64,000 nucleotides of DNA from Octopus vulgaris (GCA_951406725.2 OX597831.1:20088001-20152000), one strand, 5' to 3'; shown: positions 26,101 to 39,787, counted from the stretch's first letter. The notes: a model not told the origin generated them from the letters alone. Translations and numbers: made by a program.

Positions 26101-26882
26101 GACTAGACGAGGAGGAGGATGTGTTCTCCGCTGAAGGAAAACAACAGCGATCAGATATTCACCGTTGAATATGCCATAGAGTATTAAAAGTGAACAGATA
26201 CATTTTGCTGGAATTTTCGCAGTTCTGCATGCACCTCATGAATTACCGCTGCTTTTTGTTTTGTTTTGTTTTATTTTTTTTATTCGGTGCTAATAAAAAA
26301 AAGAGAATTATCAGATAAACACTGCAGTTATTTGATGGCACTACAGGATAAAAACGTACGACAAATATCAAGATTTTGACTTCTTATCCTTCCACAATCT
26401 GACCACCACGAATAATTTCTGGCCAACGCGAGACAACGGTGGAACTTCTACGATTCTATGTGTTAGCTTCAACGTGTTTCACTCTGGCTTGGTACCAAAA
26501 TTAGTCGTATTTATTCTTCGAAAGATTTGCTAAAATATAGGTTTTATTTCATTTCATTTTATTTTATTTTCTATCTTTTAAATTTATTTATATTTTTTAT
26601 TTTGTGCTTTTATTTTTAGAGTTAGTCTACGAAACCAGAAATAATTACTTTTCTTTTTCATTTCTTTTTCTGTTCGTTTTATTTTTATTTCGTTTCGTTT
26701 CGTCAAGTGGAATAGAAAAGCTAGAAAAAAATTTCGAGAATGTGTTTTTGGCGAAACGAAATCTAATTAAAATGTTGTATGCCAACGCAACATATTTAGC
26801 TTTTCGTTTTCTTTTTCTTTCTCTTTCTTGATATGTAAGCCCAAAACGCACGTAAATCAAAGCTATAATAATAATAATAATG

Positions 26883-26947
<65 letters not shown>

Positions 26948-27401
26948 TGATAATAATACACCTTTACTTTGTAGTCAGTTTCTATCTTAATTGCAATTGA
27001 GCGTCGATATAAAGTCTGCTATACAAATAAGGATTCTCTGCCAAAGCAAATACCATTTTCTAACACTGGCAGAAAGCCAGAAACTTTCTGTATGTGGGTG
27101 GGGAGTGAGAAGTATGCAGTTAATTAAGTCTGCCCCACCCTTCTCTCCAAGTTTGACCGGTACTTTGTTTTATAATTCCCTCAAGAAAAAAAATTGAAAA
27201 GCAAGGTTGAGGTAGGTGAGTGGTTTGAACCCAGAACGTAAAGTTTTGTAACTAAACACTGTAAAGTACTTTGTCCGACGCTCTACCGACTCAACATCCT
27301 CTGCAATAACTACATACAGAAAAAATTTAGATTCTTTTCTTTTTTACCCCCTTTTAGACAATATTAACTTTTGTGTAAATGCTCAAACATACAACACCCG
27401 G

Positions 27402-27860
27402 TCACATGTGGAAACACTCTCCGTATAACATCCTGCCACATGTGGAAACACTCTCCATATAACACTTTTCTGTATGTGGAAATACCCTCCGAATAACATT
27501 CTGTGACATGTGGAAACACTCTCCGTATAACACTCTGCCACATGCGGAAAACACTCTCTATATAACTCTTGGTTACATGTGGAATCACTCGCTACATATC
27601 TCTTCTACCACATGTAAAAAAATATTCTCCGGAATAACTCTGTCATCAGTAGAAATACTCGACCACAAAACTCTGCCACATGTGTAAATACGCTACTCCA
27701 TATCTGTATTACATGTAGAAACATTCTATAACATAACTCAATCATAAAACTTTACCACATGGGGAAACTCTTCAAACAACGATTCTGTCACATGTAGGAA
27801 CATTGAATTCCGTCAGCCATATAACACTATCATACAAATTTTAACATGTAGAAGCTCATT
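27402..27860. repeat. Degenerate ~30-31-bp minisatellite
   Basis: Unit approximately cacatgtggaaacactctccgtataacactctgc, decaying towards the right. Confidence 0.85.
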
Positions 27861-28880
27861 ACTACATTTATAATCTTCCACAATCTACCACGTATAAACA
27901 TATAATGTAAAACACACACGCATACACACATACACAAACACACTGAAATATATCATTAGCAGGCGAAAAATGTCTAGTGGATGTTGGGGATTTGCTAAAA
28001 ACGTATTTCTGCTTCCTTGAGCAACATCAGTAACAAATATCCAATAGCAATCGCAGGTTTGGACAAATTTAACCTCCACTGATGTGAGAAAAAGCGGTGA
28101 TTAGCAAATCAATGGTGTCGTAGTTAGCCGACAGAGTGGATAAAAATTTATAAGCGATGGAAACAGTATTAGTTCAAAATACTATTCTGTATACCATTCT
28201 TAAACAGGTATACTATAAGAAAGCCCGAAAACTGCGGTAATCGTCTCGAGAAAGCATCTCGCATAAACGTAAATACTTTATGGCTATACGTGGTGCTTTC
28301 TCAATACGAATAGCGCAGTATTTGGTGTGGGATGCAGTACATCTGCGTCAGGTACTTTGTGCAGGATGCACAACATACTTAACTGATACAAATTAGCTTA
28401 ATTTTGAACTAATACTGCTTCCGCTGTTAATAACAAATAGATAGACAGACAGACAGATAGATAGATATACAGATATAGATTTTATATATATATATATTAT
28501 ATAGAGGGTACTACTATTCATAGATACCGCACGCTAGGAGGGGCCCTTGCGGCCATAACTACTAAAATAAACAAACTATACCGAATGCAAAACTTCAAAG
28601 CAAGTCATTTAAAAAAAGAATTTAGTTACATATCACCTGTGATTTCGCAATTAATGCAGAATATGCATTCTATGTTCATCAGTGCAACAAACTCAAGACA
28701 TATAAGAAAAAACATAAAATTACAAACCCGACAGCCAACCGTAGAATTCGTCGTAGCATGTACGAATGCTTATCTTTACATATCTATGAAAATGGCGGGC
28801 TTATTCGCAATGCACTTCGGTAACAAATTGCTTACTCGGAACAAAAATTCAGAATTGAACTATTCCGGTGAAAAATATAA

Positions 28881-29000
28881 ATTTAAAATTGAGGATAAAA
28901 TCTTTATAAGAAATTATCAGTAGTTAGCGCTAACTACTGAAATTATCAGTAGTTAGCGCTAACTATTGATAATTTCTTATAAAGATTTTATCCTCAATTT

Positions 29001-29005
<5 letters not shown>
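28881..29005. repeat. Near-perfect palindrome with a tandemly duplicated centre
   Basis: atttaaaattgaggataaaatctttataagaaattatca... pairs with ...tgataatttcttataaagattttatcctcaattttaaat. The core tagttagcgctaacta occurs twice, 29 bp apart. Confidence 0.9.
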
Positions 29006-29050
<45 letters not shown>

Positions 29051-29447
29051 GCCCGTCGTGTGTGTGTGAGCTTGTCCCTTTTCTGCACTGCTTGACAACC
29101 AGCGCCGTTGTTTTTACGTCCCCATAACCTAGCGGCTCGGCAAAAGAAACCAATACAATAAGTACCAGACGTTTAAGTACTGGGGTTGATTTGCTCGACT
29201 AAAGGCGGTGCTCCAGCATGGCCACAGACTGAAATAAGTAAAAGAGTAAAAGGGACATATTTTTTTACTTGTTTCAGTCATTTGACCACGGCCATACTGG
29301 GGTACCACCTCTCTCTCTCTTTCTCTCCCTCTCTCTTTCTCTCCCTCTCTCTCTCTCTCTCTCTCTCCCTCTCTCTCTCTATATATATATATCTATATAT
29401 TAGATAGATAGATAGATAGATACACATATACATACATATATATATAT

Positions 29448-29863
29448 ATGGCAAATATGCAACACGATGTGTTACCGCTACTGTTTATAACTCGCTCTGA
29501 GATTTATCATTGTTTGATTTCACTTTTTCAACATCAGTGTCAGATCGACACTGGAAAAAGTATATGTATTTGTGAGGGGATCTGACTTCTTATCGACAAC
29601 CATTATTGTCACACGCTGATGAAAGGTAAACACCTTGAAACTCGGGTACGTGTGTATCATGTGTTGAAGACGGGGAGGATGATTCCCCTCACAAATACTG
29701 ACAGGACACAGATAGTGTGTCTATGGCCAGCTGGAGGAGGTATCTCCTGGGGCTACAAACTACAGTAGCATCCACCCTTATGGGTTAGCCATATTCAAAT
29801 GGCAAATATGGAACACGATGTGTTACCGCTACTGTTTATAACTCGCTCTGAGATTTATCATTG

Positions 29864-29865
<2 letters not shown>
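29448..29865 (+). mobile_element. Retrozyme-like element: 351-bp unit plus 67-bp terminal direct repeat, carrying a hammerhead ribozyme
   Basis: 29448-29514 is repeated at 29799-29865 with 1 mismatch. Internal hammerhead, no coding ORF, (TA)n on both sides. Confidence 0.7.
29610..29654 (+). ncRNA. Minimal type I hammerhead ribozyme
   Basis: cacacg CTGATGA aaggt-aaac-acctt GAAA c-tcgg-g TA cgtgtg: perfect 6-bp stem I, 5-bp stem II, intact core, GUA cleavage triplet. Confidence 0.8.
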
Positions 29866-29909
<44 letters not shown>

Positions 29910-29996
29910 TTCGAGACAAAACCACTATTTTGCAAATCAAACAAGGAAAGACTTAATCAATACATAAAAAAATTTTAATATAAAGTAAATAAATCG

Positions 29997-30040
29997 CCAC
30001 TACAATTGTTTCATGTCTTCAAATGACATTCGTCAGGTGG
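29997..30040 (-). ncRNA. Minimal type I hammerhead ribozyme (left palindrome arm)
   Basis: Exact reverse complement of 30082-30125. Confidence 0.75.
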
Positions 30041-30081
30041 ATTTCCGATCTTCTATTCAGTTTTAATAGAAGATCGGAAAT

Positions 30082-30125
30082 CCACCTGACGAATGTCATT
30101 TGAAGACATGAAACAATTGTAGTGG
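30082..30125 (+). ncRNA. Minimal type I hammerhead ribozyme (right palindrome arm)
   Basis: ccac CTGACGA atgtc-atttgaa-gacat GAAA caattg TA gtgg. The palindromic stem III region ACAATTGT is typical of Penelope-type minimal hammerheads. Confidence 0.78.
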
Positions 30126-30299
30126 CGATTTATTTACTTTATATTAAAATTTTGTATGTATTGATTAAGTCTTTCCTTGTTTGATTTGCAAAATAGTGGT
30201 TTTGTCTCGAATTAATATTATATAATATTTTACTATAAAATTGGATTTAATCCTAAATCTGATTTTTTCCCTGTAATTTTGGATTTATTCCCTAATATT

Positions 30300-30339
<40 letters not shown>

Positions 30340-30389
30340 ATGTATTTGTATGTATATATATGTATATATGTATGTATGTATATGTATGC

Positions 30390-30445
<56 letters not shown>

Positions 30446-30447
30446 AT

Positions 30448-30975
<528 letters not shown>

Positions 30976-30984
30976 TATATAAGG

Positions 30985-31254
30985 AGGCACAATGGCCTAG
31001 TGGTTAGGGCAGCGGACTCGCGGTCGTAGGATCGCGGTTTCGATATCCCAGACCGGGCGTTGTGTGTGTTTAATGAGCGAAAACACCTCAAAGCTCCACG
31101 AGGTGACCCCTGCTGTACTCACCACTCTTTCTCTCACTCTTTCTTCTGTTGGCCTGCTCGCTTAGCCAGCGGGGTGGCGTCATTCGAAGGCTAAAACAAT
31201 GCGAACGCATGGTGACCAGCGATGTGTAGCAACATCTCGACTGGTCGGTCACGT
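30985..31254 (+). mobile_element. tRNA-derived SINE (family B-related head, different body)
   Basis: tggcctagtgg A box and ggtttcgatatccc B box, flanked by (TA)n. Confidence 0.65.
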
Positions 31255-31930
31255 GATATATATATATATATATATACTTTCGTTGATCTATATCGGAAAT
31301 GGATATACATCTGATCGAAAAACCGGAAAACTGGTTTAAGAACGAAACGAAGTACCTTGAGGTATTTGTTGTGCATTGAGTTACAGAGTTTCCAGTAAAA
31401 CTTCAACAAACCAGGGATTGGTCCGTTGGGAAGCTGTAACCTACGAGGCATTCGTTTACTAATTACCTCAAAAATAAATGAATAAATAAATAAATAGATA
31501 AATAAGTGAACTAATTAATGAAGCAATTATGACAGAGGGAAAGAGTGTGTACGTCCGTGTGTCTGTAAACGTGTGTTTGTGTGAGTGTGTGGGAGAGACG
31601 AAGAGAAGAGAAGGGATGGGGGTGGGAGCAGCTAGTTGTAAAGGGAGAAAAGTGGGTCCGTAACGATTGTCCTGGGGTCACACCATAATTGTTCAGTGCT
31701 AAGCATATAAGATCCCACACGCAAGTAAGACACTTTACATAAATTGCTTTCTAAAGGCAGAATTTTCTCCTCGACTGCAAAGACTGCTGGTTCATTGCCA
31801 AGTGACATTAAAATATTTGGTTACCGCATCAAGGATCAACCAGATGAAATGAGTTTGATTCCCATCATAATCTCATTATTAGTTCCGAATGCATGCATTT
31901 GTCTAAACTTAATTTAGAAATACACCCACC

Positions 31931-31964
<34 letters not shown>

Positions 31965-32337
31965 ATAATGTAATATAAATAGTGTTCCCTTCTCTTCATT
32001 TATAAATAGAATATCTAAGCATTAAAGTATGAAAGGGTTCGGTTTTCTGTGTGTGCGTGTGTTTCTTTTCTTTTTATGGTGTGTTTTTTCTTTTAAAATT
32101 TCATGATTGTGGTTGCTTTCTTTTATACGGTACGTTCTTGTTATGATACCATTTTGATGTTATTTCCAGACTAAACAAATTATAAATAGATTGAAATAAA
32201 ATGTAAAGCTTGTTATCTACGTCGACAATGACGAAAAACAAACCTCGCATTCAAATATAAAAGGTGCAAAGACGGATGTGTTGTAAAGAAGATCGTTTCT
32301 CAATCACATGAATCTGGTTGCGGTCCTATAATAGAGA

Positions 32338-33311
32338 ATATTACTTTCTACTATAGACCTGAAATTTGGGGGAAGGAGACTAGTCGATTATATCGACCAC
32401 AGTACGCAACTGGTACTTAATTCATCGACACCAAAAGGATGAAAGGCAAAGTCGACTTCGGTGGAATGTGAACTCAGAACGTAAAGACGTTTCGACAAGC
32501 GAAATACTACTGCTAAGTATTTCGACCGGCGTGCTAACGATTCTGCCAGCTCGCCGCCAGCTTACAAAAGAGAATATCGGTCAGGTGTCGTGTATCATAA
32601 CCTCTGATTATCCAAAGTCTTGAGAGCAGAATTTGGTGAATGAAAAATGTGTGGAATCGTTAGTTGCATTAAAAAAAAAATACACAAATTACACACAAAA
32701 CATAGATTATGAATCCGATATAAACTAGCTATGTGAAGGCGCGTGGCTTCGTGGTTAGGGCATTCGACTCGCGATCGTAAGGTCATGAATTCGATTCCCG
32801 GAGGCGCGCTGTGTCTATGTGCAAGACACTTTATTTCACGTTGCTCCAGTCCACTCAGATGGCAAAAATGAGTTGTACCTGTATTTCAAAGGGCCAAATT
32901 CTGTGTCACGCTGAATCTCCCCCGAGAACTACGTGTTAAGGGTACACGTGTCTGTGGAGTGCTCAGCTACATGCACGTTAATTTCACGAGCAAGCTGTTC
33001 CGTTGATCGTATCAGCTGGGACCCTCGCCGTCGCAACCGACGGAGTGATCCTTATACGAGCTATAGAACAGAGGAATATATCATCAAAAATTCTCGCAGT
33101 ACTAAAAACAGACGGAGTCACACGTTGCCGGGTACTAACTTTGGTAATATTTGAATATTACTACGTTAATACTTGAGTTTGCTTCCCAAACACATGGTCC
33201 TGGGTTCAGTCCCGCCGCGTAGCACCTTGGCCAAGTGTCTTCTACTATAACCTCGTACCGACCAGAACCTTCTGAGTGGGTTTGGTGGTCGGAAACTGAA
33301 GGAATCCCATA

Positions 33312-33350
<39 letters not shown>

Positions 33351-33356
33351 CATACA

Positions 33357-33392
<36 letters not shown>

Positions 33393-34283
33393 TATATATA
33401 TTCATACACACACATACATACATAAATGTATACATGCATACATACATATACATATAGATGTATGTACGTGTGTGTGCTTCTTTGTGCTTGCTTTTGGCCA
33501 CCACCACCACCAGTTGACAACTGGTTTTGGTATGTTTATGTCCCGGTAAACTAGAGGTTCGACAAAAGTAACCGATAGAATAAGTACCAGGCTTTAAAAA
33601 ACTAAGTACTAGGGTTGATTCGTTCGACCGAAATTCGAATGACTGAAACCAGACAAAGAATAAAAGAATACAAAAGGTCGCGAGCTGGCAGAATCGTTAG
33701 CGCGCAGGACGAAAATGCTTAGCGTATTTCGTCTGTCTTTACGTCCTGAGTTCAAATTCTACCCAGGTCAACTTTGCCTTTCATCCTTTCGGGGGTCGTT
33801 AAATTTAGTACCAGTTGTGTACTGGGGTCGATCTAATCGACTTGTGCCTAGAGTAGAAGAGAATAAAAGAATACAAAGATACTTAAAATTCGAGCATGTA
33901 AAGCTGAGTATTAGACGTATGATATGAATCAAATACGTACTAACAATAGAAAGGATGTTCTCATCATCAACAATCCTCGAAACACAGAATGCATCGTACC
34001 AACCCATTTACAACTTTAATAGCACAAAAGAAAAGTTATTAAATCATAAATGTAAACCTGATAAGGCAGCGAGCTGGCAGAAACGTTAGTAGGCCGGGCA
34101 AAATGCTTAGCGGTATTTTGTCTATATATGCTGAGTTCAAATTCCGCCGAGGTCGACTTTGCCTGTATCCTTTCGGGGTCGATAAATTAAGTACCAGTTG
34201 CGTACTGGCTCGATCTAATCGACTGCCTCCCCCCCCCCAACTCCCCAAAAATATCGGGTCTTGCGCCTAAAGTAGAAAAGAAT
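32338..34283. mobile_element. SINE cluster: family C (-) 32338-32557, family B (+) 32738-33048, family A (+) ~33175-33670, family C (+) 33676-33865 and 34063-34283
   Basis: Each segment matches other copies in the window. Confidence 0.75.
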
Positions 34284-34383
34284 AAATATAAACCTGAGAA
34301 ATGGTCAGAGATTTATAAATTCAATTGTAAAAGTGAAACTTTTACATCACTTCAAGCTGTCATATTGGCCATACAATTACGAC

Positions 34384-34470
<87 letters not shown>

Positions 34471-35059
34471 GGCTTACTGTGCACCTGCAACAAGGAGTAG
34501 TAATTGCAGTACCACGTAACATGGTAACGTGATGACAAAGAAAACATTAGTGAACAACACCTCCATCCTATACAGAATTCCCTACAAAAATAGACGGTTA
34601 ATGATGGACGCATTACTCATAAAACAATACAATACGAAAATAAACACGCAAACAATATCTACAAATCGTTAAGAAAATAAACACTTAACTGATTATCGTA
34701 TAAATCTAACGATCAAATTTCAAATTCTAGCGTTAAAATCTAAACAAATTCAGGAGATAAATTCTAAAAGTGTCAGGAATTGATGGAAGGAGCCGCAAGA
34801 AAGGAATGATGGTTGAGACGCTTACCAATGGAGGAGAGCAGTCGAAGGTTCGCAAATCGTTCCCATAGGGAGACCTATGGAACTTTGGATATCACATGGA
34901 TGAACAGAAGAGCCATCTTGAACAACGTAGAGGCTGTATGTAAAGCATCTCGAGCCGTGATTACCTATGGACCCTTTTGATTACTCTTTTATATTGGTGC
35001 CCCCCCCCACTTCGTCCATCCTCATTCCATGTTTAGAAACTAGTTTTATAAGTACTTCT

Positions 35060-35207
35060 TTACTCATTTACTTGTTTCAGTCATTTGACTGCGGCCATGC
35101 TGGAGCACCGCCTTTAGTCAAGCAAATCGACCCCAGGACTTATTCTTTGTAAACCTAGTACTTATGCTATCGGTCTCTTTTGCCGAACCGCTCAGTTACG
35201 GACACAT

Positions 35208-35289
<82 letters not shown>

Positions 35290-35446
35290 GACGGGCTTCT
35301 TTCAGTTTCCGTCTACCAAATCCACTCACAAGACTTTGGTCAGCCCGAGGCTATAGTAGAAGACACTTGCCCAAGTTGCCACACAGTGGGACTGAACCCG
35401 GAACCGTGTGGTTGGTAAGCAAGCTACTTACCACACAGCCACTCCA
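35060..35446 (-). mobile_element. SINE family A
   Basis: Matches the family consensus, with an internal deletion. Confidence 0.8.
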
Positions 35447-35780
35447 TAATTTCTTTTTTTTTTTTTTTTTTTTTTTCACTTGTTCATTTGTATAGGTTTG
35501 CAGTAGCACACTCTCAGAGAACATGTTCCAATGGCCGGAAACATGTTGAAATATGTAAAACGTTAGAGAAAAACCGGTTTCTTGCAATACATGAATACGT
35601 CTGGTACAAAATCTTTTCAGGGACCCTTAAAACATTATTCACTATTTACTATTTTGCTTTCATGACCCATTAAAACACTATTTACTAGACGAGGGAGGAA
35701 TAAAAGAAGAAAGAAGAGGAAATAGTAGGCAATATTCGTATTAAAGAAAAACAGAAAGAAATAAAATGGCAGAGGTGGAG

Positions 35781-35935
<155 letters not shown>

Positions 35936-38900
35936 TGGACAGACAGCAGACTGGCAGACAGACTGACAGACAGACAGATAGATAGATAAAGAGAGAAAGT
36001 GAAAGAGAGAGTGAGTGAGTGAGTGAGTGAGAGAAAGAAAAAGAGGGAAACGAAGTAACATTCAAAGGATTCATGAAATTTTGATAAAAGAATAAATGTT
36101 ATTAAAATTCTAGAAAACTATAGCTACGGATTACCCGTTGAAATATCACAGATTAATATATCGCAGATTATCAAGCGACATTGAAGGTATCGCAGATTAA
36201 TATATGACGTTGAAACCGACACCGTTTAACGTATGACGTTGAAATTGACACAGCTTAACGTATGACGTTGAAATCTAGGTCATCCCATAGGACGCCTCAT
36301 AGGGGTTTCCGTTGCGCTGCTCCATGTGGTCCCACAGTTTCCATCTAACTAGGGATATTAGGGTCTCATCCATTGTCTTGTATTCAAGATCCTCTGCATG
36401 ACATCCTCCTAATTCAAAGCTAGGAATCTGATTTGCTAGGTCCTGCCGATAACTAAATCCACGCCCTGCTGCATACGGAATAATATGTACAATCATACAT
36501 GCACATACGTGAGCAATTATGATGCACAGACGCACAGATCACGCATAAGAACATAATTACATACACATATTTACAAACGTAAAATTACATGCATACACAA
36601 ATATATACACATAATCATACATACACATGCACACCCACACATACAGAGAGAGTCCCATACATATACACACATGCATACACAGTCACATACACACTCACGC
36701 ACAATCATACTTATCACATCCACACATGATCGCATACACAAAAACAATCACACACGCAATAGTCACATACACATACAATGACATGTACGCGCGTACGCAT
36801 TGTAATATGCACACAGTCCCATACATAGACACTCAAACGCACGCACATACACACATGCACAAACGAGCCTCTGTATAAGTTCACTTGACCTACTAGAAAT
36901 AGCAACCAAATCTTCCTTAAACAACATCTTAAAAGAAAGATCGCATTAGGTAACGGTATCCGAAGTATACTATGCCTGACGAACAACAAGATGGTCCTGA
37001 ATGGAGTGTCATGACCTAGGTCTAAATAGAAGCAACATATTTCATGAAAATACTATAGAAATACTGAAGTGTGACCAATTAAGTTTCTAAACATGAACGC
37101 CATGACGTCACCGGACACGTTTCACCACGAGGGTGTTTGACCTGATGCGAGAAAGATCAGTCAAGGTTCCCTCAAATCATATTCGGACCATTCTTGCGTG
37201 ACGTACGTGGCAGTCAGAGACACGAATTAGGAAATATCTAAACTGTAAATCCGGTACAGGGAAACCCTTTTTTTTTTTTTTGAGAAGCAGGCCGCATGAG
37301 ACGTGGCTGATCACCAGGGAAGATGCACTACTAAAAAGAAAAAGAAAGAAAAGAAAACTAAAAGTAAGTTTTCTTTAGATGTGCCATTCAGAAATTAACG
37401 CGGGCCGCAGATTGCGCATGAGTTCTGTAAATCTTGAACATCAACAAGAATTATATTCACTCATTTTCACAGCCATGTTTGACTTCGCAGACGAGTATTA
37501 AACAAAATATTTTTTTTTTTACCTGGAATATTTGGTGAGTTTTTTTTTTTTAAGGATCCAAAAGAAGAAGTGTGACGTACGTGACATAGCACAGAATAAC
37601 CTTTTTTTTTCACCTGAAAATATTGGCTTCAGATTTTGGCATAAGGCCAGAAAATTCGGGGGGAAATGGGTAAGTTCAATGACATCAACCCTAGTGTTCT
37701 TATTTCATTGGCCCCTAAAGAATGAAAGACAAAGTCGATGTCAGAAGAGTTTGAACTCAGAACGTAAAGACGGGCGAAATGCCGCCAAGCATTTTATTCT
37801 AACGATTCTGCTAGCTCGCTGCCTTTTTTTCACCCGAAAATATTCCTTTCTTCTATAAGCACAAGGCATGAAATTTTAGGAGAATGGGCTAGTTGATTAC
37901 ATCGGCCCCCAGTGGTTGACTGGTACTTGTTTTATTGACCCCGAAAGTATTCTGCTAACTCACCCTCTTTTTTCACCTGAAAATATTAATTACTGTTTCC
38001 TGTGAATTTCTCCAGATCAGCTTAACAAACCTCATGAGGTTTGATTATGTTGACCTTGGACTACAATGTCTGCGGTTACAATTCTCCATTAGAAAAAGGA
38101 GACAACCACATTGAATGATATAGTCCTAGATAGACTGTGCCTAAACGGAAAAAAATGTCATTATTCATAGGTTGTCTGCTCGATCATGCTTCATCAAGGT
38201 GTATGGACAATAACAAGGTAAATAGATACACTGTGTCTGAATAGATAAAAGTTGGAATGGTCATGGTTGACACGTCGTTTCTCATCAGTTTGCTCAATCG
38301 CGGTTGATCTAGGTGCGTTGATAACACGGTCATAGACTGACTGTGATTGAAAGTAAAATGCTGAGCTCATGGCTGGAGCGCCGTTATTCGTAGCTCTGCA
38401 TTGACATGGCTGATCTGGGTGTAATAACAGCAAGAACCACCACAACAACAGCAACAACAAAAACCACGATAACAACAGCAGCTGTACCAGTGGCAACAAC
38501 CACAGCAAAAACAACAGTAACATCATCATCATCATCATCATCATCATCAACAACAACAACAACAACAGCGACAGAAGCCACGACAGCAACTAGGTGCAAG
38601 ACGGTGGGTTGTAGGAGTCCATCTGCTGACAGACAACAAGTTATGTCTAAACGTCAACAACAAGGAAGGAAAATTCTGAATTGAAGAAATAAACAAGGCG
38701 TCAAAACATACACGGAACTATGAGGCTACAGCACGCACACACACATACGCACACGCACTCACACACACACATACGCACACGCACACACACATACGCACAC
38801 GCACTCACACACACACATACGCACACGCACTCACACACACACACATACGCCTACATCTTCAGTGAAACTCGCCGACAATGATATCAGTTACGTCTGTTCG

Positions 38901-39206
38901 GAATGTTTTCAGGGTGAACTGTCTACTTCCGGTTTTGAGTGTTGTCTTGTATTTTTTTCTTCCATTTTATCTTTCATCACTTAATTCTTTCTTTTCTCTC
39001 CTTCGTTCTTCTCTCATTCTTCATTTTGTGGTTCCTAATGCTTTCAATAAGGCGACGAAGCAAGCAGAATGTTTACTGGATTCTGATAAAAAGCTTAGCG
39101 ACATTTCGCAAACAGCTTTTTACGTTTTGATTGAGCAGAAATCTCACCAAGGTCAGCTTTGCCTTTCACTCTTCCGTATCCCCCTCCCCTCAAAAGCTAC
39201 TGGCCT

Positions 39207-39787
39207 TGAACCCAGCAATGGACCGGCAACGAAATTTCTTTTTTCCTCGAGAGTTCCGGACCCCAATAATGAACTCATTTGCCTACAGCCAATCAGAGCA
39301 GAGCCACCTTTATCCTTTCTTCCTTTCTAGTCAGCACCGAGCAGTCCTTACTCTTTCCCTCTCTACTGGTAGATAGCAAATTTTTTTGTCACTAACGAAG
39401 AAAAAATTTGCTATCACTACAAGTAATACTATCTCTGTCTACCTGTCGGGCAAGCGAATAAATATATGTAAATAATATTTCTTCCTCCTTGGTGTTGATC
39501 CTTCGATGTTCACTGGTTACTCCGACGTTGGCACGATAATACACTTGCCCCAACTCAATTCCTGGAGTTACTTCATTTTTTTTCAGAAAAAATGTTTTTA
39601 AAAAAGTTATAGAGGTTTAAAGCTTGCTCAGTAGCGAGGGGAAGAGTAAGGAATGCACAGTGCTGACTAGAAAGGAAGAAAGGATAAAGGTGGCTCTGCT
39701 CTGATTGGTTGTATGCAAATGAGTTTATTACTGGGGTCTGGAACTCTCGTGTGAAAAAAAAAATCGCGGACCGGCATCGGGGTTCAG
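39207..39787. mobile_element. Foldback/MITE-type element with ~160-bp terminal inverted repeats
   Basis: 39207-39368 (...ccaatcagagcagagccacctttatcctttcttcctttctagtcagcac...) is the inverse of 39630-39787. No clear TSD. Confidence 0.7.

Larger units (their letters stand above)
29897..30300. mobile_element. Penelope-like pseudo-LTR arranged as an inverted repeat
   Basis: ~160-bp arms (29897-30057 / 30065-30224) with a 7-nt spacer. The right arm continues to ~30300. A partial dispersed copy lies at 52594-52721. Confidence 0.65.

Noticed and set aside
27402-27860. CRISPR-like array
   Set aside because: Units are contiguous, degenerate ~30-bp tandem repeats without unique spacers, in a eukaryotic context with no cas genes.
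31356-31440. Possible additional minus-strand exon (ctcgtag|...AAG|gtactt, ending MHNKYLK in phase 0)
   Set aside because: Splice signals are weak, 85 nt would shift the frame if internal, and there is no family similarity. It cannot be supported without RNA data.
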